Shown: in pieces, positions 11,642 to 23,200 of the stretch
Layout of the letters: every line of letters starts with the position of its first letter
Position numbering within the stretch: position 1 is the first letter of the stretch
NCBI RefSeq assembly: GCF_003704095.1
Contig: NW_020843751.1
Coordinates: forward strand, 248,001 to 301,525
DNA: 53,525 nucleotides
Source: Pocillopora damicornis
Taxonomy: Eukaryota
Direction of reading: 5' to 3'
Notes under the pieces: model-generated
The model's database searches: none
Seen by the model: the letters and a program-made list of their open reading frames with translations, nothing else
What the model was told of the DNA's origin: nothing
Translations under genes and position numbers: made by a program

Positions 11642-14600
11642 ATGGGCGAAAAAAACGGCGATGAATTAGAACTCCGAGCACTAGTAAATCAGACTGAAAA
11701 CGAACAGAACAGTTATGGAATCAGTAGGGAAAAAAGTGAAGACTCAAGCGCAGGTAAGCGTGTCTTTAAACATGAGTGGTTTATCAAGACACCATCATTT
11801 TACTATGCCTATGAATTTGAGATCAGTAAGAAAGATAACGAAACTCAATAAGCATTCACGATTGATGTTGAAATCGTTAAGTATACTGTTGGGAGGATTG
11901 AATACCCATCCCGTTAAATAAATCGATCGAAACATTGAATGAAAAGGTTTCAAACCACGCTGTAGACCTCGAAGTAAAATCATTACGTGTTTTCGGACTA
12001 AAATTGTTTGAAAATAACTAATTTACAAAATAATTGGCGTGATTATAATTTAGGAACTAGTTAGCCCACTCACTATGTTATTTCCTTAGATTTCTTATCC
12101 TGGAAACTCCTCTAGAAATATTCTCCCCTGATTTCATTTTCTTTAATATTTTATACTATGGAAAACAAAAATAATTTTCATTGGAAACCATTGGACAAAA
12201 TTCATTCGAGAGGGTTTGTTTTGGAAGACAATGGTAAAATTACAAAAGACAATGGTAAAATTACATAAACACAAGCTTATTTTCATAAAGGTATTCTCTA
12301 TTTAACAGACAAAGGAGATGAATTTTACGCATTTTGGAGAAAAGCGGCCATTTGTGTTTCGTGTGCTTCTATCATTTTGACCACAGGATTTGGAGGAACA
12401 TTTTTCGGTAAGTCATTTTTTCAAAATTAATACATCATGCCTTTTAATTTAAGTCGTTCAATATCACCAAATTAGTGGTGGATAACCAGTTATTGTCTAT
12501 AGAGTCGTTAAGTAGTATTCAAATCACAATTTTTAGCTCGTTAATCAAAAATCCTTGTTATTCTCTTCACAGTTTTCTCTCAAATTGCTGGTAGTCCTGC
12601 GGCCTTTGGATTTTCCGTAAGTGTCTTTTATTTAAAACAGTAAGACTTCACTTATTCTTTCATATCTTCAAGATAATTATGTAACTCTGCCAGTAACACT
12701 TTATGCTAACACTATTTTTTTATTCACGGCTGGTGAAATTAATTCAAACAGGTGAATAAAGCTTTGTTCTTGCGCTTTTTGACAGTCTCCGTTCAGTTTG
12801 GACCCAAAAGCAACTATTGCAAATTTGTATATTGAGGGGGTGTGAAGAAAAACACTCCTGGAGGTCGCTTTAATTAGCTGTTAGACTTTTCAAACACAGC
12901 TGATGTTTTCATTATAACAAAACTTGACGTTTCTGTTCTGCCTACGTAAATGAAAAGCTCATTAAGTTTTAGTGTGTAATTTCAAAAAAGTAACTAAGCC
13001 ACGTAAAAATAAGAAAAAAAGTTAAACTGTTCGTGATCTATATTTCAGCAAACGAGACAGCTTTGTATTTAAACTAATGTAAGGCAACTCCGAAGCCACA
13101 AGGGTTTCACAGTATAAAAACTTTTGTATGTATATTCAGGGTTACAGGTCGCTATTTCAAGGAGCAGAGCATTTGTGTAAATAAGTCTGTAATTCTTCAT
13201 AAAACAAGACATACTGTTCCAAATCACTAATAATTGCAGTGTTTCGAAAAAGATTGGTGGATGAATCACGCTAAAACGGAGTTTACGTCATCTGCTTTAC
13301 GTAAATGTGTAGGCTTAAAGAAACTGTAAAGAATAAATGCTGTGAGAGTCATCGAGAAGAAATATTCTCTAAAATCCACTTGGTAATAAACCAAATCTTT
13401 CATTAAAGGTTTGACATTGAGAGTTACATTTTCATTCGCAACACAAGGCTCTAAAGTCTTGCAAATTTTCTGTTTTTATTTCTCGGGAACAAAAGGGTTC
13501 TCTTTCTCTATTAATATCTTGTTTGTCTACGGCTTGTTCTGCCGTTGGAATTATTCCCCGTTTTATGAAAGTAGATGGACATTGTTAAAGACTGAAAATA
13601 ACTTTTAAGTTATCGAAATTTCCTTTCTGAAAATGTTGATTCACTTGCAGCTTGCAGCCGTGTTAGACTCTTTCAGTTCAGCAGTAGTTCTTTGGAGATT
13701 TTCCTTCAAAGAAAGCCGAAAGGATTCAAACTCGTTGGAACGAGAACGAAGGTTCGTATACATCGCTTTAGCTTCTTGCAAAACTTCGGGAACCTCCGCT
13801 TTTCATCGGCCACAAGGATCGACAATATTGTGCACGATATCTCGCGCTCTGATTGGCCCCGTGCAAGGCACTCCAAATATGTACGCCGGAATCTGGAGCC
13901 GGCTGCTCATGAAATACAGCTGCCATGCAAGCACTATAGATTTTATTGTCATATAATTAATTTAATTGTTTCCCGAACAGGAGACATTCCCTGAAATAAA
14001 TTTTGCACGGGTCACAAGGCACGTGACTGGAGTTGAAAAAAATTTTGAAATCAATTTTTTTTTTGCATTTATTACTTTGTAGGGCATGTTTAGCGATAGC
14101 CATATGTTTTATCCTCTCAGCATTTGCCATAGCAGTAAAAACCATCTTCACCTTACTGAAGGACAAAATACCAACCAAGGCAAGAGAAAAAATTATATCA
14201 AAACACCCATCACAAATTTTTGAACGCTTTGACTCCTAAGTTCTGTTCGTCAATTTTCCCATCGAGCTTCTAAACATTTCCTTGTGATTTAGTTATGAGA
14301 ATTTGGTGTTGTATCATAGTAACGTCTACCTGATAAGTTTGAGTAATCTGGATAATGTATGGATATTATGGGAGAAGTTACATGTTAATCACATTTAATT
14401 TGAGTTAATTTTAGGATGTAAAGGGTTAACGTGCCTCCTTAGCATGGGAAAAAAACTGTTTTCTGATTCATAGGATTTGTTGTATACAGTTACACTGCAA
14501 AAGCCGTTAGCTTTTGATAAATGCGTAGAACTCAGTGAATTTTATGTCAATTGCAGGAGTTTTTGATGGAGATTTTGTCAGGTAGCAGCTTGGTTTACCT

Positions 14601-15538
14601 GGTATTTCTGACGGCTTTCAAATATATAATAGCAGAAAAACTCGAGAGCCGAGCAATGAGGATAGATGGTAACACATACATGAAATGTTTGGAATACTCA
14701 TTCTAGCGTTTCAAATTTGATAAATTCTCATTTTTTGGAATTTCTCGCCTCGTGAAGTAAAAGATAATATTCCGAGAGCGATACTTTCCACCAAAGCATA
14801 GTTGATAAAGCGTGTTTTCTTCGTCTCTTTTCAATTTTGCGATCAAATTGCTTTCCAAGAACTTTACTAAGCCACTTGATCATCACACAACATCTTTTGG
14901 AGCTCGTGTCACGCAGAAAATGCAGAATGGTACTCAACTTTTCGCGCTGTCGACCACAAATCGAACTTTCGTTTAAGGTTAACGGATAAGACTTGAATTT
15001 ACTCAAATATTTCACTTGGAAAGCCGCAATTGCGAGGGTCCGCTCGAGAAATTCCTGCTTTGGTGCATTAATTACTAAACATCCTAAATAATGTCTTCAC
15101 TAACCTTATGTGTTTCTTTTTACCTTTTCAATTCTCTCTAGCGATTAATTCTTTGGCTGGTGCTATTATGACCCTCGGTATGGTGGCTAGTGATGTGGTC
15201 TGTTCAAACAACCCGAAAATCTGTTACCTGGACTCTGTCACTGCGATTTTGATAGCTGTAGCGCTCTTCAGTTATGGTGTCATGTAAGTATAACAACTGT
15301 TGCCATTTCTCCCTGCATGCATCACCATCGCTGGTGGCGAGGAAGGAAAAAAAAATCCTGCGCACCGTTTGTCCCATGGGTGGGGAGGTAGAACAGTGTA
15401 TTCACGTTCTCAGGATGACTTTAAGTGGACCTAAACTAGATTTTAAGGTTTTTTTCATTTCTTTTCTTCTGATTTATATTTCTAAGGACCATCACAGACC
15501 TGAAAACAGGCAAGGAGAAGAAACCACCGCGTGACTGA
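11642..15538 (+). CDS. TMEM163: TMEM163-like (cation diffusion facilitator-related) transmembrane protein, 8 exons: 11642-11753, 12309-12407, 12573-12616, 13651-13751, 14083-14179, 14557-14668, 15142-15283, 15487-15538
   Basis: Spliced product WRKAAICVSCASIILT...SPAAFGFSLAAVLDSFSSAVVLWRFS...RERRACLAIAICFILSA...KLESRAMRIDAINSLAG...YLDSVTAILIAVALFSYGV parallels TMEM163 (SAFGFAFDAILDVLSSAIVLWRYS; SRALITDGFNSLVG; WYLDGSIG). Phases are compatible; intron 5 is GC-AG. Confidence 0.88.
14226..14429. mobile_element. MITE copy (TTAA/CCCTTT family)
   Basis: ctttgactcctaag...gagaatttggtgtt...ggagaagttacatgttaatcac...aaagggttaa; reverse orientation relative to 3710-3921. Confidence 0.6.
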
Positions 15539-16594
15539 GNNNNNNNNNNNNNNNNNNNNNNNNNNNNNNNNNNNNNNNNNNNNNNNNNNNNNNNNNNNNN
15601 NNNNNNNNNNNNNNNNNNNNNNNNNNNNNNNNNNNNNNNNNNNNNNNNNNNNNNNNNNNNNNNNNNNNNNNNNNNNNNNNGAGGATATAAGCAGCTTAGT
15701 ACGCCTAATGAGTTAGATTCACTTTTCATTAGTGTTCAAAGATACATTTCTTGAAAATGTTAACTTATAACCCTTATAGGAAAGTTGTAACATGGGTGAA
15801 AATTGCAAACAGCGCGGGCGCTGTCAATTTCCTTCTCTCTTTAACTGTGTGCTGTTTTTCGTGTTAATTATTATTAATCGCGTGCAATTTCGTGTAAATA
15901 CGTACTTGTAGATTCTTCTCGTGCAATTTTCTTGTTTTTGAAAAATTTACTCGTGTTTATTTATACCAAATTAGAGCTGTTTGACAGCTCTGTTTGTTGT
16001 GAACTGGTAATGGACAAGCGCATGGTTCTGAAATACAAATGTTTTGGGTAGTTTAAAAACTGTCTGTTTAACCCTGACTACAGGAGAAGGAAATAATATC
16101 AACTTTCAAACGAAAACATTACAGGTCTGTCAACGTAAATAAAAGACAAATAATTCTTGATACTGTTCTATTGTTAAAATATGAGTAAGATTTAAAAAAA
16201 AATCTTCAGCTTTATTTATTTATCAAATAATTTCAGCTCTATAGTTTACCACGTAGAAAGTACGTCAAATAACATTCTAGGTCACAAATTTAAATCCATT
16301 AACCCATTTAATTTACACCAATGATTACTGCTCAACACTAATTCACATCTCAGTATAAGCCTGTTTGATCATTTCACCAATTCGACAAAAAAAAAATTAA
16401 CATTTTGCGATGTTGTAAAAAAAAAAACCACTGACTGTAAATTGGAATAAAAATGCAGGAAATATTAACAAAGTATAATTCTGATGGTAGGAATTTATCA
16501 GTTAGAAAATACACAAGAATTTGTTTTTCCTTTATCTCTTAAATCAACGAATTTCACTTGTTCTTGAAAGTAACAGAGGTACTACAAATATTTT

Positions 16595-16731
16595 GGATCA
16601 ATGTCAGTTTCTGCACAAATACGCACCTACCCTTCCCCTAAACTAACCACAGTCAACTGATAACAAGTTAAGGTTAACACTGGATTAAGGGAGGGGTAGG
16701 TGTGTAGCAGCTAAGATACTGACACTGATAC
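16595..16731. mobile_element. Hairpin-type MITE (second family)
   Basis: GGATCAATGTCAGTTTCT...CACCTACCCTTCCCCTAA pairs with TTAAGGGAGGGGTAGGTG...AGATACTGACACTGATAC; arms of about 45 bp around a short spacer. Confidence 0.65.
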
Positions 16732-17220
16732 AATATTTTATCAGGTAGAAATTAGAACGTCTGTGATTAACTGGCACAAAAATTGAACATTTTTTAGGGC
16801 GTGGCACGGTGGATAACTCATTGTAAAAAAAATCTCTTTTACAATTGAATTTCAATTCGTTTTGAAACGTTGAATTAAATTAACTTTTCAGATTTGCACA
16901 ATTTTCAAAGGACGATTTGCTAATTCAAGTTGTAATTCATGTTAATATTTCATTGCTGTATTCTTTTTAATCGCTTTTATCTCTTTTATACTTTTTGTTC
17001 TTTTTTTTTACAAAATTACCTATAATACACTGTAAACGACGAACGTGAAGTACCACAAGCGCGTTCCAATTGCGCACAAAGCCCGACGATGCCGAATATT
17101 TCCGAAGTTTTTACGAGCAAACGACGGTTGTTAGGCTAGCGGTCTCTACTTCTTCAGGAGTGTTTGCCTTTTAAAAGCCGAAAAACCTGCCAGGCAGCAT
17201 CTCACGCCGCGTTGCAGAAA

Positions 17221-20200
17221 TTAGTTGATATTATAAACTCCTTTCTTTTTCATGAATCCCATTTTTTCCAACTTTCCTTCCTTTTTGCCAGTTCTCTGTT
17301 CTTTTTCTCTCTGTTTTCTCGCTTTCTGTTCTCGTTCCATCTCAGCCTTAAGCTCTTTGATCCTCTTTTTGATGACAGCTCTGTGGTTCTGACTCACTCC
17401 CATTGCCTGAAAAAAGCGAACTGTGATCAATGTCCACCTTCTCTTAAANNNNNNNNNNNNNNNNNNNNNNNNNNNNNNNNNNNNNNNNNNNNNNNNNNNN
17501 NNNNNNNNNNNNNNNNNNNNNNNNNNNNNNNNNNNNNNNNNNNNNNNNNNNNNNNNNNNNNNNNNNNNNNNNNNNNNNNNNNNNNNNNNNNNNNNNNNNN
17601 NNNNNNNNNNNNNNNNNNNNNNNNNNNNNNNNNNNNNNNNNNNNACTCCGTTCCCCAAGAACCCATGTGATCCCAACAATTCTCCGACCCCCTCCCCCAC
17701 AGGCGATAAATAATGACTGTTCCCTTGCTGAAAATGGCGGTGGGGGAGGGGAGGGAAGAAAAGCCAGAACCAGATACATCATGTCTTCCTGCAGTATCCC
17801 TGCAGAGAATTTCTCTCCTTTTCGCGCTTGAAAATTGAGCAACTTATCTCTTCAGTTCTACAAACTGTTTCGATTATTCTGCGGCAAACTGACACAAAAT
17901 CTAGAAGTCAGCCATTCAAGGCGGCGTGAGAGGTGGGGTAAAGATTAAAATTCTGAAACAAGGCACAGAGCCCTACCTTGAGTCTGGATCCATCTAAGTT
18001 TAATAGTTGTTTTCCATCAATCTTTTTAGCAGTGAACTCATCGGCATACTCGTCCAACTCATTTTGGATTAACCACGCATACACCTAAACGACAATTTAC
18101 AGAAATCAGTCAAATAAATAACATTAACATGGTAAAAAATCATGAGGCCGTTTAGATTACGGTAACATATTGGTACGTGAACTCAAAAAGAAAATTACAT
18201 AATCAAATGACAGCTTGTTTGCTCACTTCCTTTGTATGAGTTTAATCCAACGACTGCAAGAAAAACTGGCACTAGATTCTTATCAGTCCGTTCATTCTTC
18301 TGTCTATTTGTCTTCTCGTCTGTATCTACCTCCTAGTCAGTTATCATGGGTTTCATACTCCCTATTTTACAGTCAGATAATGCCTGTGTTTGTCAGTTTA
18401 TCTCTCTGCCAGTCCGTCCTTCCGTCTGTCTGTCTATCTGTCTGTCCGTCTCTGTCGGTCTGTCTATCAGTCAGTCTGTCTGTCCGTCCATCTGTTCATC
18501 TGTCTGACTGCCTGTCTGTCTGTCTATCTGTTTGTTTGTCTGTCGTTCTGTCTGTCCGTCCATCCGTCTGTACGTTTGTCAGTCAGTCTATCTGTCTACC
18601 ACCAGTCAGTCACGCAACTCCCACACTTTGGGTCTGCTTAACTTTCGGTCTGCAAAACTTCTTTTTAAATGTATCTCTGCTGTATTGTTTACGTGTATCC
18701 CCTTGCAACTCACCTGATCTGTGTCCCAGTCTGAAATCAGCTGTGAATTTCCCGATGAATTTAAGTCTGACCCTGGACTAAGAGAAGAATGCCCGTCAAC
18801 GTTTGACCCTGTGCCTACAGATCGTTGATCGAAGTCTCGCTGACCGCTGGCTGCAAGCAGTTCCGGGGGAACATCAATGGCGGCTTCATTATAGCTTTCC
18901 ATCACGGGAACACTCTTCACTTGTAACAAGGGCATGGCAGGAGGGAGGAATGGAGACGAACCTCGAGAGGAGGCCTGGGAAGAGGCCAAGTCGGAGTCAA
19001 TCTAAAAAATATTACAATTGAAAACGTTAAGTCGCAAAGGAATTGGAAAAAAACATGGAACACCATTTGAGCTTCCTGATTGAACACAAATAGAAAACTT
19101 CAATAAAAAAGACCAAGTTTTCAAGTTGGTCATTTTCAATCCGTTCCAATCTCCTCCATTCTTAACCATCCTTGCTTCTGTACACCACTCGCGTGTACGG
19201 TAGCACCTTCCGCGCGCGTCAAGCGCGTGTAATGCTATGGTACACGCCAGCCGCACTGTACATTCACCATAATCTTTTTGGAACATTCCGTCTTGCCAAA
19301 CAATTATTATGTGATTTTCTTCAGAATGTTCACGTCTCCGCAAATGACTCTTTTGGCTTCATTTGCCCTTGCAACTGAGTAAACTCACCGGATAAGCGTT
19401 ATGGTTTAGAGCCGAAAAAGACAAAAAGAAAACTCAACCCTCTCTCACCCTTCTCGCAGCTTCTTCAATCTCATCCAAAGAATTAGTGGACCCTGAAAAA
19501 CACTCCGACTCCTGATCATCCACCGCACGACGCGCCTCTCTGTCCGCTCGGTCAAGCGCAGTAGTCGGCAAAGATGTCACCTTCACATCAGCCTTAGACA
19601 GCTGCTTCTCCAGGAGATTCTCCACCACGATGTTCCGCGTCTCCTCCTTGTGCGACAAAGGGAAGCTGGCTCGCGTCTCTTGGGGAGGTGACTCACTTCC
19701 CTTAGCAGCTGATTCATCGTACAAGTTTTTCCCTGTGGATCTCAGTTTGAATCCTCCGACAGGCAAACCTGGAAGGACGAATCCTGGTCCCTTAGGGGGA
19801 GCCCTAGGGGACTCGTTTTCCATGGAGGTACTCTGAGAAGCAGCGTCCTCCACGTCAGACACTTCATTACCTCCAAACATCTAAATAGAAAGTCACGTTA
19901 GAAATTCAATTTACATGGAAATGTGAAGTAGCTAGAGGGGAGAATTGACAATCAGATCAAGTGGGAGTTAAAGAGTTAAAATCATGCAAAATACTTTTTA
20001 TGATTGAGTGTTCTAGAACCACTTAGAACCTTAGCCAGTCACATCACCGTACTTTAGCATCTTCAGGCGCGTCTAGCGCATTTAACGCGCGACAATTACA
20101 CGCGCCTTTAAACAGAAAGTTCCACGCGTGCTGAAGGAAAATTACACACGCACTTGAATCAAAGAAATAATGTCTTACGTCATAAGCATCATCATCCAGC

Positions 20201-23200
20201 GACTTTCCCCAGCTTGCACGAGTTGGTTTATATTTCTTCTGCTGCGCTTCAGCGAGTCTTTTTTTCTCCAAAAGATGTTCATTACTAAGTGTTTTTGTGG
20301 CTGGGATGCTGTTTAGATCCACATCATCTTTTGATGAGCTCTCCAAATCGGGCTCTAATTGACAGAAAAAAGAGTTTATTACCCATATGAATTGTGACAT
20401 TTTAGAGTTCAAGGTACCACATGCATTGTAACATCATTATAATTGAAGTTGAGCTTTTCCTTGTGTCCCAGGTGTTTCTTAATGTCCTGCATATCTTTTT
20501 GATTACCAGGTAAGTATATATACACTCAAGATTAATATAAGTAAGTGATTGTACAGTGTAGGGCTGTAAAACTATAACTTTCTCCTCCTATACATGGAAT
20601 GCTGGTAGGTGTTCATGGAATGATGCCTCACCAGAATCCATTTGTTAATCAGATCTCACATGTTACCTGTGACATCTTTTTTTCCAGCTGAATCCCAACT
20701 AAGTTGGAAGTTTGACAAAGCCTGCTCTACTTCAAAAGCCAGTCCATTTTCTACAATTTCCTCCTGAACTTCCTCTCTCCATTTGCCATCAGGCATAGAA
20801 TTCTGTTCTTCAATTTGCACTGGAGTTGATATTGCTTCCTCTTTTTTCACTTCTCTTTCCTTTTCTGACTTTTGCTGTTGAACCATTTTCAACTGGGTCT
20901 CCAGTTCTTTGACCTGTGAAAAATGACAGATGGCTCATTGATTGAAACTTTTAATACAACTCAAAATTCATCAGGGTGAAAATGAAATAGAAAAATGAGC
21001 AGATGATTCAAGTAAAAACAACTGAGCATCAGGAATACACATTGTTTAACCTTCTGCAAAGAGTTTATCATTCAACTCCCATGAGTGACCAAGACAGAAT
21101 TTCTCCTTACAATAATTATTAATACAATATTATGCAGACAGGAGATAAGAATACAGTCAGATAAATATCAATTGAGGGATTCTTAGTTGATCCAATACCA
21201 AATTCTCCCAACTAAAACCCTTAAAATTGTATGACAGACAGTACAGAGAATCACTAATGAGATCTTGGGAGTGAAAATGTTATTACACCTATCTTGCCAA
21301 CAAAAATTTTTTTGTTAGCTATCAGTGAGGTTTTAGTTGCAAATAAGGTTGCCTTTGATGGAAGAGCCTACTGTAAGTGTAGCACTTTGTTACCGTATGT
21401 ACACCACAAATTGTCTAAATTCACACAAAACACAAGAGTGTAGCTTGAACTCCTCAAATTTATGCAAACAGCATAACTTCAGTTATGCAAAATGAAACAC
21501 TTGTTACGCAAACTGTTATTTCCATGACAAATTATTAACCCTTAAACTCCCAGAAGTAATTACCATGTACAGTAACTTCTCCCAATAATATCCATACATT
21601 ATATAGCAAAGAGGTAGTGAGAATACACAAACTCATCAGGTACAATTTACTGCCTTGATTGAACACCAAATTCTCATAATCAATTTACAAGGAAATGTGT
21701 AGTCGCTAGAGGGGAGAATTGACAATCAGATCTTGGGAGTTAAGGGACTAACTTAACATCAACCAAGTCACAAGTACCCACCTTATCTTGTAGTAACTTT
21801 ATTTCAATTGCAGATCTCTCAGCAGTCACAGAATTTGCTTGCTCTCTGCCAGAACAACAGATAACATAATTGTACAGTACATTTATCACCTTCTCTGGCC
21901 TGCAACTCTCTCATAAATGGCAAGCCTACAGGGTGTAATTGTGATTCCCTCCTGTAAACATAACTAAGCCTTCCTGGCCTCAGTAACATGGCTCAAAAGA
22001 ATAGAACTTTCAAAGCAAGGTTAACAAAGGTCATTTGCATACACATAAAGGAATAATCATCTCTACCATTGTGCCCTTGGGGAAGTATTTGCTAAAGAAC
22101 ACAACAATGCCCTCAGGACTTGAACTAAGCCCACCTCCCAATCTGAAGTGCTGTATGTGAGCCATTGGGAAACAACATTTCCCATACAACTAATACAATA
22201 ATTAATAGTATCATTAATATAATTGAAGTTGAGCATTAAATAAAATAATAAGTGAATCAATGAACCACAACATACAAGAAATTCACATGGCTAGAAGCAC
22301 TATATCTACGTTACCATGAAACTTTACCTGTCTTCAAGTTCCTTCACTTTATTTTTTGCAATGTGGTATTTCTTCTCTAATATTAGATACAGTCCTTTGC
22401 TTTCTTCCAACTGCCTGACCATGTCTTCATTCTCTGCTTCAGACACAGCTAAATCTGATTCTAATGAGTTGACTTTCTCTTTCATCTCTTCTAAAGCTTT
22501 CTGTGTTTTCTTGGTTTCATCATCGGCTTGTTCTCCAGTTACCTCCTACAGGATCAATACATAGAAGGTATTCACTGATCTTCATACTTTTTGAACAGTN
22601 NNNNNNNNNNNNNNNNNNNNNNNNNNNNNNNNNNNNNNNNNNNNNNNNNNNNNNNNNNNNNNNNNNNNNNNNNNNNNNNNNNNNNNNNNNNNNNNNNNNC
22701 TAGTACAAGGTTGGTGTATCTACAGTCCAATAACATAAGCTGTATGCTCCCCTATCAGCTCACATACAGTACCAAGTATATACTGAAACATCTTTTCTCT
22801 GACAGAATACAAGTGAATGATCAGATAATAGAGGTTGATGGAGTTTCTCTTGTGGGAGTAACACAAATATTTGCTGCACAGACTCTGAAGAACACAAGTG
22901 GACTTGTAAGGTATGAAGGCTGCGAAATTTTTCCCAGTAACAAATGGAAGCTGTTGTCACTGTGATGATTACCAACAATTTAGGATAATTGTGGATTTTC
23001 TCTTAGAAGTGTCCCTTGTCAAAGTTTATTCATGTAAAACTGAGTCATGGTTTCTTCTATCCTTATTTTGAGCCCCTCCACTCATAGTTTTTAGTCATCA
23101 TACAAATGAAGAGTGCTTTTATCAAGATAAATTTAAAAAACAAAACAAAAAAACCAAATTAAAAAAAGGGTGGGGTGGGTGGGGATGTCATTTGGAATTA

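Noticed and set aside
12227-12265. Short tandem duplication (aagacaatggtaaaattaca x2)
   Set aside because: A local slippage duplication in an intron with no evident function.
15436-17842. ORFs containing long X runs
   Set aside because: They stay open only because they cross N-gaps; just the 17221-17406 part is a real (neurabin) exon.
18215-18781. 188-aa ORF rich in SVCL repeats, and the overlapping ORFs
   Set aside because: Translation of a CTGT microsatellite within a neurabin intron.
22086-22187. tRNA gene
   Set aside because: Only a B-box-like motif; no acceptor stem or cloverleaf, so treated as a SINE relic.
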